Assembly: GCA_965116875.1 (NCBI GenBank)
Contig: OZ220733.1
Location: 1,408,001-1,472,000 of the forward strand
Direction of reading: 5' to 3'
Length of the DNA: 64,000 nt
Origin: Candidatus Latescibacterota bacterium
GTDB lineage: Bacteria > Latescibacterota > UBA2968 > GCA-2709665
In this document: piece after piece, positions 17,966 to 28,460 of the stretch
How positions within the stretch are numbered: the stretch's first letter is position 1
How the letters are laid out: each line of letters begins with the position of its first letter
Notes under the pieces: generated by a model
What the model was told of the DNA's origin: nothing
The model's input: only the letters and a program-made list of their open reading frames with translations
Database searches by the model: none
Translations under genes and position numbers: made by a program

Positions 17966-19669
17966 ATGGCCAATCCTTTTATTGAAGAAATCGTATCGCG
18001 TGTATCAGCGGCAACCCGCATGCCCCCGGATGAGGTGAGAACCCTGGTCGAGGTTCCTCCAAAACCCGAGATGGGGGATTTCGCGCTTCCGTGCTTCAGA
18101 TTTGCAAGAACACTGCGTAAAGCGCCGAATCAGATCGCCAGGGACCTTGGGGAAAGGATACAACCCGCCGGACGAATCGCCCGGGTGCATGCGGCGGGGC
18201 CGTATCTCAATTTCTACGTGAGCCAGACCGAATTCGTAAAGGAGACGCTTTCGGAAATCCTCGCCAGGGGCGGGGAATTCGGCCGGAGCGACGTGGGCGC
18301 AGGAAAGACGGTCGTGATCGATTTCTCCTCGCCGGATGTCTCCAAGCCGTTCACGATCGCGCACATCCGATCGACTGCAATCGGGAACTCGCTCTGCAGG
18401 CTGTACAGGGCGACGGGGTGGAACGTGATCGGCATCAACCACCTTGGGGACTGGGGCGCCAAGCACGGAATGAGCATCGCCGCGTACAAGCGCTGGGGAA
18501 ACGACGACGCAATCCGTGAAAATCCGCCCTACGAGCTCTTCAATCTTTACGTAAAATACAATGCGGAGATGGAAAAGGACCCGTCCCTCGGAAACGACGT
18601 GAAATACTGGACGAAGAAACTGGAGGCGGGCGACTCCGAAGCGCTTCGGCTATGGAGCTGGTTCAGAGACGAGACGGTCAGGGACTTCAAACGGATTTAC
18701 GGACTGCTGGACGTCGGGTTCGCGGAATATACAGGTGAGAGTTTCTTCCACGACAAGGTCGGGCCCGTCATCGACGAACTGAAGGCCGGGGGAATTGCCG
18801 TGGAAAGCGAGGGCGCCCTCGTGGTGATGCTCGACGATGAGGACATGCCGCCTGCCATCATCCAGACCGGGCATGATACCAGCGTTTATCTCACACGGGA
18901 CCTGGCGGCGGCAATCTACCGGAAGCAGACCTACGATTTCGACAAATTGATCTATACGACGGACGCCGGGCAGTCCCTGCACTTCCGGCAACTCTTCAAG
19001 GTATTGGAACGGATGGGCCATGAATGGGCGAAGGACTGTGTCCACGTCCCGTTCGGAATTATTTCCTTCAAAGAGGGAAGGATGTCGACCCGCAGGGGAA
19101 ACGTGATCTTCCTGGAGGACGTGTTGAACCGCGCAATTGAGCTGACGCGGGAAATTGTAGAAAGCAAGAATCCGGATCTTCCGGAAAAGGATGCGATCGC
19201 CCGGGACGTGGGCATCGGCGCGGTCGTCTATGCGGACCTGGATTCCCGCCGGACGCGGGACGTCGTGTTCGACTGGGATGAGATCCTGAACTTCAACGGC
19301 GAGACCGGCCCGTACGTTCAATACACCCATGCCCGATATTGCAGTGTGTTGCGCAGGTTCGGGGGCGCGGTGCCGCCCCCCGGCGCGGACCTTTCTCTTT
19401 TAACCGAACCCGAGACCGTGGCGGTGGTCAAGTGCATGGAGCGGTTTCCCGAGCGAATCCGGAACGCGGCCGAAACCTGTGAGCCCTCACTGATTGCCGG
19501 GTTCCTGATCGAACTCTGCGCCGAGGCGAACCGGTTCTACAACGCCCACAGGGTCATTTCGGACGACGTTCCCCTGACCCGGGCGCGCATCGCGCTCGTC
19601 TATTCGATTACCGCGGTGCTGGCAGCCGGACTCCATCTGCTGGGCATGAAGGCGCCGGAGGAAATGTGA
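17966..19669 (+). CDS. argS: Arginine--tRNA ligase
   Basis: DFSSPDVSKPFTIAHIRST, NHLGDWG, GRMSTRRG, GETGPYVQYTHAR, C-terminal PEEM. Confidence 0.96.
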   Translation: MANPFIEEIVSRVSAATRMPPDEVRTLVEVPPKPEMGDFALPCFRFARTLRKAPNQIARDLGERIQPAGRIARVHAAGPYLNFYVSQTEFVKETLSEILARGGEFGRSDVGAGKTVVIDFSSPDVSKPFTIAHIRSTAIGNSLCRLYRATGWNVIGINHLGDWGAKHGMSIAAYKRWGNDDAIRENPPYELFNLYVKYNAEMEKDPSLGNDVKYWTKKLEAGDSEALRLWSWFRDETVRDFKRIYGLLDVGFAEYTGESFFHDKVGPVIDELKAGGIAVESEGALVVMLDDEDMPPAIIQTGHDTSVYLTRDLAAAIYRKQTYDFDKLIYTTDAGQSLHFRQLFKVLERMGHEWAKDCVHVPFGIISFKEGRMSTRRGNVIFLEDVLNRAIELTREIVESKNPDLPEKDAIARDVGIGAVVYADLDSRRTRDVVFDWDEILNFNGETGPYVQYTHARYCSVLRRFGGAVPPPGADLSLLTEPETVAVVKCMERFPERIRNAAETCEPSLIAGFLIELCAEANRFYNAHRVISDDVPLTRARIALVYSITAVLAAGLHLLGMKAPEEM

Positions 19670-20229
19670 GCCAGACCGCCCACCTCTCTGCGCTGAGGGG
19701 CAGACAGATTTTCCTCACCGGTTTCATGGCAACCGGCAAGAGCAAGATCGGCCCCATTCTGGCGCGGCGCCTGTACCGGATGTTTGTGGATACGGACGAG
19801 TTGATCGTGGAGTCGGCCGGGAAATCGATCCCCCGGATCTTCGCGGAAGACGGGGAGGCGGCATTCCGCCGAATCGAGCGCGGCAGTGTCAGGAAGGCGG
19901 CCGGAATGCGCGATGCCGTGATCGCATTGGGTGGCGGCGCCGTGACGCAGAAGGGCAACTGGGACACGATTCGCGCATCCGGCGTGTGCCTTTGTTTGAA
20001 AGCATCGCCGGAGACCATCTTCGCGCGCCTGTGCAGGACCGAGAGCGAACGGCCGCTGATGGCCGGACTGAATGACGAAGAACGGATGGAGAAGATCCGG
20101 TCGATGCTCGCCGCCCGTGCTCCGTTTTACGACCGGGCGGACGCATTCGTGGAGTCGACGGAGTATCGCACGCCGGAGGATACGGTCCAACTGGCCCTAA
20201 CGGCATTGAGAGGCATTGAAGAGCGATAG
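19666..20229 (+). CDS. aroK: Shikimate kinase
   Basis: LTGFMATGKS, DTD, GEAAFR, ALGGG, RPL. Confidence 0.93.
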   Translation: MSQTAHLSALRGRQIFLTGFMATGKSKIGPILARRLYRMFVDTDELIVESAGKSIPRIFAEDGEAAFRRIERGSVRKAAGMRDAVIALGGGAVTQKGNWDTIRASGVCLCLKASPETIFARLCRTESERPLMAGLNDEERMEKIRSMLAARAPFYDRADAFVESTEYRTPEDTVQLALTALRGIEER

Positions 20230-20252
20230 GGCAACGGAAGACGCCACTGCTT

Positions 20253-21389
20253 ATGGACTCTCCAGTCATACACAGCGGTTTGGAAACCGTGCAGGTCGAT
20301 CTGGGCAGCCGCAGCTATCCGATCCGGATCGGACATGGGATACTGTCCGGATTCGGCCAGGCGTACGCCGCGGAAGGCCTGGGTTCGACCGCGGCGATCG
20401 TGACCAATCCCACGGTGGCGCGCCTCTACCTGGACCCGGTCAGGTCCGGTCTGGAGGCGCAGGGTGTGAAGGCAATTGTGGTTGAGATTCCGGATGGAGA
20501 GGAATTCAAGACGCTGGCCACAGCGGGCAGGATCTACGGCGAACTGATACGGGCGGGTATGGAACGGCGCTGCTGCATCGTCGCACTGGGAGGCGGTGTC
20601 GTGGGCGATACCGCCGGATTCGTCGCGGCCACCTATCTTCGCGGCGTCGATTTCGTGCAGGTCCCGACCACCCTGGAGGCACAGGTCGACGCCAGCGTGG
20701 GCGGAAAGACCGGGGTCGATCACCCGCTCGGCAAGAATATGATTGGCGCGTTCTATCAGCCGAAGATGGTATACGTTGACACGGAAACGCTGGTGACCCT
20801 GCCCAGGCGGGAGGTGGTTGCAGGGATGGCCGAGGTGATCAAGCACGGATTGATCCGGGACGAAACACTCGTGCAATTCCTCGAGACCAGGATTGAGAAC
20901 GTAGCGGACCTGGCGATCGAACCGGATCAACTGGTCGGTCTGATTGCGCGAAACTGCCGAATAAAGGCGGGCGTTGTGGCGGCGGATGAGACCGAGGCGG
21001 GATTGAGGGAGATTCTGAACTACGGTCACACGGTGGGACACGCCATAGAGGCGGTGACGGACTACACGGTGTACAGACACGGTGAGGCTGTCATGCTTGG
21101 CATGCTGGCCGCGGGCAGAATCGGCGTCATCAAGGGATTTTGGAATCCGGCGGAATTGCAACGCCAGAACGCGCTGATCGAAAGAATCGGGATACCGGGC
21201 GGCGCCCGCGTGCTTGAATCAGGCAGACTGATCGCGCGCATGGCCAGCGACAAGAAAGCACGGGATGGGGTGATCCGGTTCGTCCTTCCCACGGCGATAG
21301 GCCGCGCGGTTACGTGCGACACCGTGAAGAAAGAGGAGATCGAGGAGGGCATCCGGTATATGCAGGAATGCTCTCCCGAACCGGTATGA
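20253..21389 (+). CDS. aroB: 3-dehydroquinate synthase
   Basis: DGEEFK, LGGGVVGD, PTTLEAQVDASVGGKT, LNYGHTVGHAIE, HGEAV, DKK. Confidence 0.96.
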   Translation: MDSPVIHSGLETVQVDLGSRSYPIRIGHGILSGFGQAYAAEGLGSTAAIVTNPTVARLYLDPVRSGLEAQGVKAIVVEIPDGEEFKTLATAGRIYGELIRAGMERRCCIVALGGGVVGDTAGFVAATYLRGVDFVQVPTTLEAQVDASVGGKTGVDHPLGKNMIGAFYQPKMVYVDTETLVTLPRREVVAGMAEVIKHGLIRDETLVQFLETRIENVADLAIEPDQLVGLIARNCRIKAGVVAADETEAGLREILNYGHTVGHAIEAVTDYTVYRHGEAVMLGMLAAGRIGVIKGFWNPAELQRQNALIERIGIPGGARVLESGRLIARMASDKKARDGVIRFVLPTAIGRAVTCDTVKKEEIEEGIRYMQECSPEPV

Positions 21390-21418
21390 AGACCGCCTCC
21401 GCCGGGCGACTGTCCGCT

Positions 21419-21922
21419 TCAGCGGGTCAACCGTTCGATAACGCAGCGGTGACCGGGAAAGCTCCGCATCAGGTCCGCACGGTTTGCCAACTCAAAGTCC
21501 TCGAATTCGAAACCGGGAGCGACGGTGCCGCCCATGAGGGCGTATGAGTGGGGATCATCCAGCGTCGCGCCGTACCAGCAGCCGGCGGTAATGACTGCCG
21601 TCAAGGACTGGTCGTTTTCAGGGTTGTTGCCAAGCAGGGTGCGTACGTATACGCCGCTTTGGTCGATCGTATGGATGGTGACGGGCGATCCGGCATAAAA
21701 GTGCCAGATCTCGTCGGACCTGATGCGGTGAAGGGCGGAATAGTCATTGCCTTCGAGCAGGTAGTAGATCGCGGTTGAGAATGTCCTGGGACCGCCGAAC
21801 CGCTTTGGAAGAGCCCTCGCCTGGACGGTCTCACAGGAGCGGTATATTTCCCGATAGTAGCCGCCTTCCGGGTGCTCTCTGAGATTCAACTCCGAGATCC
21901 AGTACTCGGCATTCCGGTTCAT
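21419..21922 (-). CDS. Cupin family protein (DUF985)
   Basis: HPEGGYYRE, STAIYYLL, HRIRSDEIWHFYAG, VAPGFEFEDF. Confidence 0.9.
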   Translation of the reverse strand: MNRNAEYWISELNLREHPEGGYYREIYRSCETVQARALPKRFGGPRTFSTAIYYLLEGNDYSALHRIRSDEIWHFYAGSPVTIHTIDQSGVYVRTLLGNNPENDQSLTAVITAGCWYGATLDDPHSYALMGGTVAPGFEFEDFELANRADLMRSFPGHRCVIERLTR

Positions 21923-21939
21923 GGCAAACAAGTAACCCT

Positions 21940-21980
21940 GAGGAACAGGGGCGTGGAATCCTTGCCCCTGTTCCTCTTTT
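21940..21980 (+). terminator. Strong hairpin with T-tract on the + strand
   Basis: GAGGAACAGGGGC-(11 nt)-GCCCCTGTTCCTC-TTTT. Confidence 0.6.
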
Positions 21981-22020
21981 CATGAAGGATACGCACTCGG
22001 CTTCAGAGACGGAAATGGCA

Positions 22021-23094
22021 TCACGACGTACTGAATTGCGCCTGCGAAATCTCACCGCCCCCCAGGCAGATTTCGCCATCGTAGAAGACGGCTGATTGTC
22101 CCGGGGCCACGCCCGGGTCGGCTTCCGCCATCTGAACGTTCAGTCCGGCATTGCCGCCGGATTCGATGCGGCACCCCACGAGCCGGGGGCCGTGCCGGAT
22201 TTTGACAAGAAGGTCGCGCCGCCCGGGGACTCCCGAGATCCAGTGCGGACTTGAGACCCGGAAGCGGCTCATCGCCCGTTCGGCGCGGTGTCTCTTGTGG
22301 GACACGTGGACGACGTTGTCTCTGATGTCTTTCCTGACCACGTACCAGGGTCCCGCGGCAAGGCCCAGTCCTTCGCGCTGTCCGATGGTGTAGAACCAGT
22401 ACCCGCGGTGGCGGCCGAGCCGGGCGCCGGTTTCCACGTCGACGATGTCCCCGGCCTTTTCTCCCAGGTGCGCCCTGACGAAGTCGGGGTAGCTGATTTT
22501 GCCCAGAAAACAGATGCCCTGGCTGTCTTTGCGGTCCTGGTTCGGCAGGTCGAAATCCCGCGCGTATTTCCGCACATGCTGTTTGGTGAGGTGCCCGACC
22601 GGGAAAAGCGCGCGTTTGAGTTGCGCCTGGCTGAGTCCGGAAAGAAAGTAGGTCTGGTCCTTGACCGGATCCGGCGCTCGCTTCAGGTAGCAGGTGCCAT
22701 TGGCTTCTTCGATTTGTGCATAGTGCCCGGATGCGAGTTTGTGGAAGCTGCCGTCGATACGGGCCGCGAACTCTCCGAATTTGATCCGCCGGTTGCAGAC
22801 AATGTCCGGGCTGGGAGTTCGTCCGGCCCTGAGTTCGGACACGGCGCGCGAGACCACCCGGTCCAGGTATTCGGCCTGTAGAGGGACGATGCGAAGCGGT
22901 ACCCCGGCCTGTTCGCAGACGGCGCGCGCGTATTTGAGGTCTTCCTCCCACGGGCAGTCGCCCAGGAAGGCAAGTTCGTCTTCCAGCCAGACCTTGAGAT
23001 AGAAGGCGGTGACGTCGTGGCGTCCCTCGCTGCATATCAGATTGAGCGCCACGGAACTGTCAACGCCGCCGGAGAGCAGAAGGGCGATTTTCAT
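22021..23094 (-). CDS. mnmA: tRNA-specific 2-thiouridylase
   Basis: SGGVDSS, TPSPDIVCN, SGHYA, KDQTYFL, KDSQGICF, TIGQREG, APGQS. Confidence 0.96.
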   Translation of the reverse strand: MKIALLLSGGVDSSVALNLICSEGRHDVTAFYLKVWLEDELAFLGDCPWEEDLKYARAVCEQAGVPLRIVPLQAEYLDRVVSRAVSELRAGRTPSPDIVCNRRIKFGEFAARIDGSFHKLASGHYAQIEEANGTCYLKRAPDPVKDQTYFLSGLSQAQLKRALFPVGHLTKQHVRKYARDFDLPNQDRKDSQGICFLGKISYPDFVRAHLGEKAGDIVDVETGARLGRHRGYWFYTIGQREGLGLAAGPWYVVRKDIRDNVVHVSHKRHRAERAMSRFRVSSPHWISGVPGRRDLLVKIRHGPRLVGCRIESGGNAGLNVQMAEADPGVAPGQSAVFYDGEICLGGGEISQAQFSTS

Positions 23095-23098
23095 GGAT

Positions 23099-23572
23099 CT
23101 ATCCGAATCCGAAGAGGCACTCGGCCAGTGGTTCGATCGTTGTCAATTCTGCACATTCCAATACGGTCTCGACCAGACGCCGTGTGTGGGATCTGCCCGC
23201 AACACCATCGACGAGACGATGCGCTTTGGAAACGAGGTCGTCAAAGGTGACGCCGCTGTCCGGATCCCCCGGGGCGGGCAGCGGTCCGGTACCGTGGGCC
23301 CGTCCGCCTGTGGTGGTGACGGTCACCCGCGCCAGGGCGTCATCGGGGAAACGGGCTTCGATGGCGGGGTCGACGGACATTTCGATTCGGTCCGAGAGGG
23401 CGAGAACCGCTTCATCGTTCAGACCGTCGCCTTCAATTTCAGGAACGCCAACCCGTCCGTGAACAAAGGCGCAGGCCACGGGAAAGGGCAGGCTGTATTG
23501 CGCCTCTTCGGTATGGGTCGGGCGCCGGGTGCCAGGTTGGGTGGCCGCCTCGATTGATCGGGGCTGCCCGCT
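23099..23572 (-). pseudogene. 5'-truncated MmgE/PrpD family C-terminal fragment
   Basis: Frame reads IEAATQPGTRRPTHTEEAQYSLPFPVACA...EARFP...PGDP; family-like sequence extends upstream of the first usable start (GTG 23479); the N-terminal domain is absent. Confidence 0.65.
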
Positions 23573-24487
23573 TCAATCGCTGAGGATCTGTTTCTCGATG
23601 TCAAGCCCGACCCGGCCACTCCAGGCAGTCAGCAGTTCTTTATACATCGGGCCGGGTTTGCCGCTTCCGACCGGTATGTTGTTGAACCGGGTACACGGGG
23701 CGATGCAATATGGCGTGGTCGTCAGCCAGGCCTCGTCGGCGTTGGCCACGTCGTACGGCTGAAGGTCCTTTTCGATCCAGTCGAGGCCGCGTTCAGCCGC
23801 AAGTTCCCTGACGGTGAGGAGGCTGACGCCCTGGAGTATGTTGCGCGTGGTTGGGGAGTAGACTGTGCGGCCCACAACGATCACGAAGTTGGAACCCGCG
23901 CATTCCGTGACGTTGCCGTCCAGGTCCAGAAGCAGCGTAATCGCTTCAGGGTCGACCGCGTGGGTCTGCTGATCGGCCAGCCACCAGTGCAGGCGGGACC
24001 GGTTCTTGGACTTCGGATCCAGGCACTGGGGCGGGATGTGACGCAAGGCGGGTGTGACCACGTGCGCGCCGGCTTCGAAGAGGTGACGCCAGACGCGAAA
24101 GGGCAGCGGGAAAGTGTGAATGCAGACAGTAGGGGTCAGACGGGCGCTTCCCGCCGCGCTGCCGGCGTAGATCTCGTTTTCTCCCGGTGTGATGAAGTGT
24201 ACGATGCCCAGGTCGGCCCCGGGCTCGATCCATTCCCGGTTCGCCCGTATGAGTTCCAGGGTCCTGTCGCGCATCCGGCTTTGAGAGAGCGGCGGTTGAA
24301 TCCCCGCGTATTTGCACGACCGGTAGAGCCGGTCCAGGTGATCGTCCATGCGAAACGGCGCGTGGGCGAACGTTCGGGTCATTTCGGTGAGCGTGGCGCC
24401 CAGAATGATGCCCAGGTCGTAAATCCTGATTGCGGCCTGAGAGGCAGGCACGAATTCTCCGCTGAGATAGACGATGGGTTCCTTCAT
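23573..24487 (-). CDS. PLP-dependent aminotransferase class IV (IlvE/PabC/D-AAT family)
   Basis: EMTRTF, HLDRLYRS, DPKSKNRSRL, TECAGSNF, ILQGVS, DEAWLTTT. Confidence 0.9.
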   Translation of the reverse strand: MKEPIVYLSGEFVPASQAAIRIYDLGIILGATLTEMTRTFAHAPFRMDDHLDRLYRSCKYAGIQPPLSQSRMRDRTLELIRANREWIEPGADLGIVHFITPGENEIYAGSAAGSARLTPTVCIHTFPLPFRVWRHLFEAGAHVVTPALRHIPPQCLDPKSKNRSRLHWWLADQQTHAVDPEAITLLLDLDGNVTECAGSNFVIVVGRTVYSPTTRNILQGVSLLTVRELAAERGLDWIEKDLQPYDVANADEAWLTTTPYCIAPCTRFNNIPVGSGKPGPMYKELLTAWSGRVGLDIEKQILSD

Positions 24488-24749
24488 ACACTCGCTCCAA
24501 CCGCCGGATTACCGGAAAGACGTCAGAATCGGGCAACCATACCTCCATAATATAGCCGATGGGTGAATTCAAGACAAACGGAAAGGAATTTTCCGAGGCC
24601 GCATGGGAATATCAGGCTTCTTGATAGGGAGCTCTCTTGCCCGCGCCGCGGAAAAAGACCCTGCGTCCTGTAACAATAATGCCTCAGCTTTAAAGGGATT
24701 AAAGGCCTGAGGCATCGATGGGTAAAGACTACGGCTGTGCAGGACGTCT

Positions 24750-25160
24750 CTATCTCTGTCTCCCTTCCGCGTCTTGCAGCATTTCGGATATCTTCTCCCT
24801 TCGGGCTCGCTCTTCTTTCTGATTTTTCTCCAATTCCTCCATGAGCGCACTCATTTTTTCTTCTCGCCTTATGCTGGAAGCTTCCAACTCCTTCAGCGCC
24901 TTTATTGCTCTTGCTCTTGTTTTGGCCTCGCTCTCCGCGATCCACTTATCGGCAAACTTCATCATTGCGCCCATGAAGTCAACTCCCTCTATGATGATAA
25001 AGGATAGTGTTACGGAGAATATACTCGCCTCATACAGATTTTCGACCAGGTCCTTTTCAGGTGGCCTGTATCGATCAGTCAGGGTGAGCAAGAAAATGAG
25101 CAGATTCAACGCCCCAAATAGAGCGCGGTCACTTACGCTCCAAATGGGCTCCCGTTCCAT
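24750..25160 (-). CDS. Hypothetical membrane protein with C-terminal coiled coil, in an AT-richer islet
   Basis: Two hydrophobic segments then an E/K/R-rich helix; region visibly more AT-rich than its flanks. Confidence 0.55.
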   Translation of the reverse strand: MEREPIWSVSDRALFGALNLLIFLLTLTDRYRPPEKDLVENLYEASIFSVTLSFIIIEGVDFMGAMMKFADKWIAESEAKTRARAIKALKELEASSIRREEKMSALMEELEKNQKEERARREKISEMLQDAEGRQR

Positions 25161-25414
25161 TAATTCTTGATTCTCGTGCGGGCGTTGAATTCATCGTATA
25201 CAAAAAAAATAAAGTGCATTTGCAAACCTGAAGTCAAGGGGTTTTTGACATCCTTCAGCGAAACGAAAGACCGTGTGACAACCGGTTCTTCGATTATTGT
25301 TGGCCTGGAACTGCTTGCCTGTGGTGCGACAGCGCCTCTCTGAAATGCGAATAACCATAACAACTGAACAATGAGGTATTGCATAGAGGGCATCTGCACG
25401 TCCCTCGGCGGGAC

Positions 25415-26950
25415 TTACATCCAGAGATTCCGGTCCAGGCTGCGGTACTGGATGGCCTCTCCGACGTGCTGGGGTTTGATTTCCTGTTCCTCTTCCAGGT
25501 CCGCGATGGTGCGGCTGACTTTCAGAATGCGGTCGTAGGCGCGCGCCGACAGGCCGAGCTTCGTGATCGCCATTTTGAGAAGTTCCTCGCCCTTGCCGTC
25601 GATCCGGCAGTAATCGCGAATCTCCGCGGGTCCCATGTGGGCATTGCAGAACAGGTGTTGTTTTTCCCTGAAACGGTGAAGTTGCACCTGGCGCGCCGCG
25701 TTCACGCCTTCGCGGATGGCATCGGACGATTCGCCTCCGGGTTCATCGGCGAGTTCGGTGTATTCCACCCCCGGGACTTCAATGTGAATGTCGATGCGGT
25801 CGAGAAGTGGACCCGAAATCCGGGACATATACCGCTGGATGATCGGCGGAGAACACGTGCATTCATTCTTCGGATCGCCGAAGTATCCGCACGGGCACGG
25901 ATTCAGGGCGCAGGCAAGCATGAACTGTGCGGGATAGGTCAGAGAGACCATGGCCCGGGCAATGGTGACGAAACCGTCCTCGAGCGGTTGGCGCAGGACC
26001 TCGAGGACGTGCTTCTTGAATTCGGGCAACTCGTCCAGAAAGAGAACGCCGTGGTGTGCAAGCGAGACCTCGCCAGGCCGCGGGTGGGGTCCGCCGCCGA
26101 TCAGGCCGGCATCCGAGATGGTGTGGTGCGGGGAACGAAAGGGCCGTATCGCCACCAGGGTGGTCTCCGGGGGCAGCAGTCCGGCCACAGAGTGGATTTT
26201 GGTGGCTTCGATGGCTTCGTCAAGCGTCAGGTCGGGCAAAATGGTGGGCAGGCGGCGGGTGAGCATCGTTTTTCCGGAACCGGGCGGGCCGATCATGATG
26301 ATGTTGTGGCCGCCGCTTGCAGCCACTTCGAGTGCTCGCTTGGCGTGAACCTGACCCCGTACATCACGGAAGTCGATGCGGTAGTTCAGGGCCTGACTGA
26401 AGATACGGTCGATATCGACCTGGAGCGAAGGCACGTCCCGAAAGCCCTCGAGAAAGTCCAGCGTCTCCATCAGGTCGCCCACAGGATGCACGTCGATCCC
26501 GCCCGCGATGGCTGCCTCGCGGGCATTCTCCCGCGGGAGGATCATGCCCTTGCAACCTGCCTGCCGGGCCTCCACAGCCATCGGCAGAACGCCCCGGACC
26601 GGCCGGACGGCGCCGTCGAGGGCAAGCTCACCGAGAACGATGTATTGTGAGAGGGTCTCGGGCGAAATGTCTCCGGAAGCGGCCAGGATGCCCACCGCAA
26701 TCGGCAGGTCGAAGGCCGAGCCTTCCTTGCGGATATCCGCGGGCGCGAGATTGACGGTCACGCGGCGATTCGGAAAGGCCCTGCCGGAGTTTTTTATTGC
26801 TGCGGTTACGCGATCCCGGCTCTCCTTGACGGCGTTGTCCGGCAGGCCGACCACCGAGAATGCGGGAAGCTGATAATCCAGATCGGTCTCGATGCGTACG
26901 ACATAGGCGTCTATGCCCAGGGTGGCGCAGCTCAGCACACGGGACATCAT
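25415..26950 (-). CDS. comM: YifB/ComM Mg-chelatase-like AAA+ ATPase
   Basis: [63 protein letters not shown]; RBS GAGGAGG. Confidence 0.93.
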   Translation of the reverse strand: MMSRVLSCATLGIDAYVVRIETDLDYQLPAFSVVGLPDNAVKESRDRVTAAIKNSGRAFPNRRVTVNLAPADIRKEGSAFDLPIAVGILAASGDISPETLSQYIVLGELALDGAVRPVRGVLPMAVEARQAGCKGMILPRENAREAAIAGGIDVHPVGDLMETLDFLEGFRDVPSLQVDIDRIFSQALNYRIDFRDVRGQVHAKRALEVAASGGHNIIMIGPPGSGKTMLTRRLPTILPDLTLDEAIEATKIHSVAGLLPPETTLVAIRPFRSPHHTISDAGLIGGGPHPRPGEVSLAHHGVLFLDELPEFKKHVLEVLRQPLEDGFVTIARAMVSLTYPAQFMLACALNPCPCGYFGDPKNECTCSPPIIQRYMSRISGPLLDRIDIHIEVPGVEYTELADEPGGESSDAIREGVNAARQVQLHRFREKQHLFCNAHMGPAEIRDYCRIDGKGEELLKMAITKLGLSARAYDRILKVSRTIADLEEEQEIKPQHVGEAIQYRSLDRNLWM

Positions 26951-27204
26951 ACGGGCCTCCTCGGAGATTGTCAGGAAAGCGACTGAACTCCACGGAAGCG
27001 TACCTTTCTGCAAGGAGTCCGGTGTGAGTGAATCCCAACGTCCTCTGAGAACGCAAAGGATGTGCCAGAGGAACCGGATACACCTAAACCGTTGTCAGGA
27101 AGAGAATTGAGACTGACACAAGGAGCATCAACAGCGACATCGGGAAAGGGACGTTCAATTGTCCGTGGGAGAATTGAACGATTCGTCGCTGGACAGGCTG
27201 ACGC

Positions 27205-28383
27205 CTAGAGAGGCTGGTCCGGGTCAACGTCCGCCGCATAGTCGACCGAAGGGAGGCCGAAACCGAAGAGCTTCAGGAATTCCTCGCGGAAACCCCGCAC
27301 ATCTGAAATCGACTCCAGGTTTTGGGTATTGACGGACTGCCAGAGGGAATCGATGCGCGTCTGCACATCCTCCCTCAACTCCAGTTCATCGATGCGGATG
27401 CGCCCGCTCTCGTCGGTAGGTACGGTCGGTCCGGCATAGAGTCGATCCTTCAGAAGCCGGTACATTTGTTCTATACATCCTTCGTGAATTCGCTTCTCCT
27501 TCATGACCTTGTATAACAGCGAAATATAGAGGGAAACCACCGGTACCGCCGCGCTGGACTGGGTGACCACGGCCTTGTTCGCGGAGATGTAGGCGCGTCC
27601 GTTTCTCTGCCTGAGCCGTCCGTCCAGTTCCCGGGCCGTGGCCTCGAGGTGTACTTTCGCTTTCCCAATGGTGCCGTCGCCGTAGACCGGCCGGGTCAGT
27701 TCCGGCCCAACGTAGGTAAACGCGACCGTGCGGGCGCCCTCGGCAAGCACGTCCGCCGCTTCGAGCGCCTGAATCCACAGATCCCAGTCCTCGCCGCCCA
27801 TGACGGCGACAGTATTGTCGATTTCGTCGGCGGCGGCCGGTTCGATGGTGACCTCCGAGACGACGCCCGTGTGGATATCGACGGTCTTTCCCGTGTACGG
27901 TTCGCCCACGGTTTTCAATACCGATGTATACTGCGCCCCCGTTCGGGGATGGGTGCGCCGCGGCGAGGCCAGGCTGTACACGACCAGATCCACCTCTCCC
28001 AGGTCTTTCCTGATAGCCGCGATGGTCTGTTCCTTGATTTCATCGGAAAACGCGTCGCCATTGATACTCTTTGAGGTATGGCCCGCCTCTTTCGCGGCCT
28101 TTTCGAAGGCAACCGAGTTGTACCATCCCGCCGAGGCCGTACGATTCCTGAGGGCCGGTCGTTCAAAAAAGACCCCCACCGTCCGGGCGCCGCCGCCGAA
28201 GCAGGCTGCGATTCGAGTGGCCAGCCCGTAGCCAGTCGAGGCGCCAACGACGAGCACACTCCGGAAGCCGGTCAGCGGCGGCTGTTTTCTGACCCAGTCG
28301 ATCTGTTCGAGTACCCCGTGCGCGCAGCCGACGGGGTGCGCCGTCGTACAGATGAATCCCCGGATTCTGGGTTTGATAATCAT
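27205..28383 (-). CDS. fabV: Enoyl-ACP / trans-2-enoyl-CoA reductase
   Basis: MIIKPRIRGFICTTAHP, GASTGYG, TASAGWYN, YSLASP, VMGGEDW, HEGCIEQ. Confidence 0.95.
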   Translation of the reverse strand: MIIKPRIRGFICTTAHPVGCAHGVLEQIDWVRKQPPLTGFRSVLVVGASTGYGLATRIAACFGGGARTVGVFFERPALRNRTASAGWYNSVAFEKAAKEAGHTSKSINGDAFSDEIKEQTIAAIRKDLGEVDLVVYSLASPRRTHPRTGAQYTSVLKTVGEPYTGKTVDIHTGVVSEVTIEPAAADEIDNTVAVMGGEDWDLWIQALEAADVLAEGARTVAFTYVGPELTRPVYGDGTIGKAKVHLEATARELDGRLRQRNGRAYISANKAVVTQSSAAVPVVSLYISLLYKVMKEKRIHEGCIEQMYRLLKDRLYAGPTVPTDESGRIRIDELELREDVQTRIDSLWQSVNTQNLESISDVRGFREEFLKLFGFGLPSVDYAADVDPDQPL

Positions 28384-28460
28384 CGGAACGTCCTTTCCCG
28401 GTAGTCAGGTCCTCTTGCCCGGTTTTCTCGGTTCGCCGCCGTTTCGAAAGCGTCGTGGCG

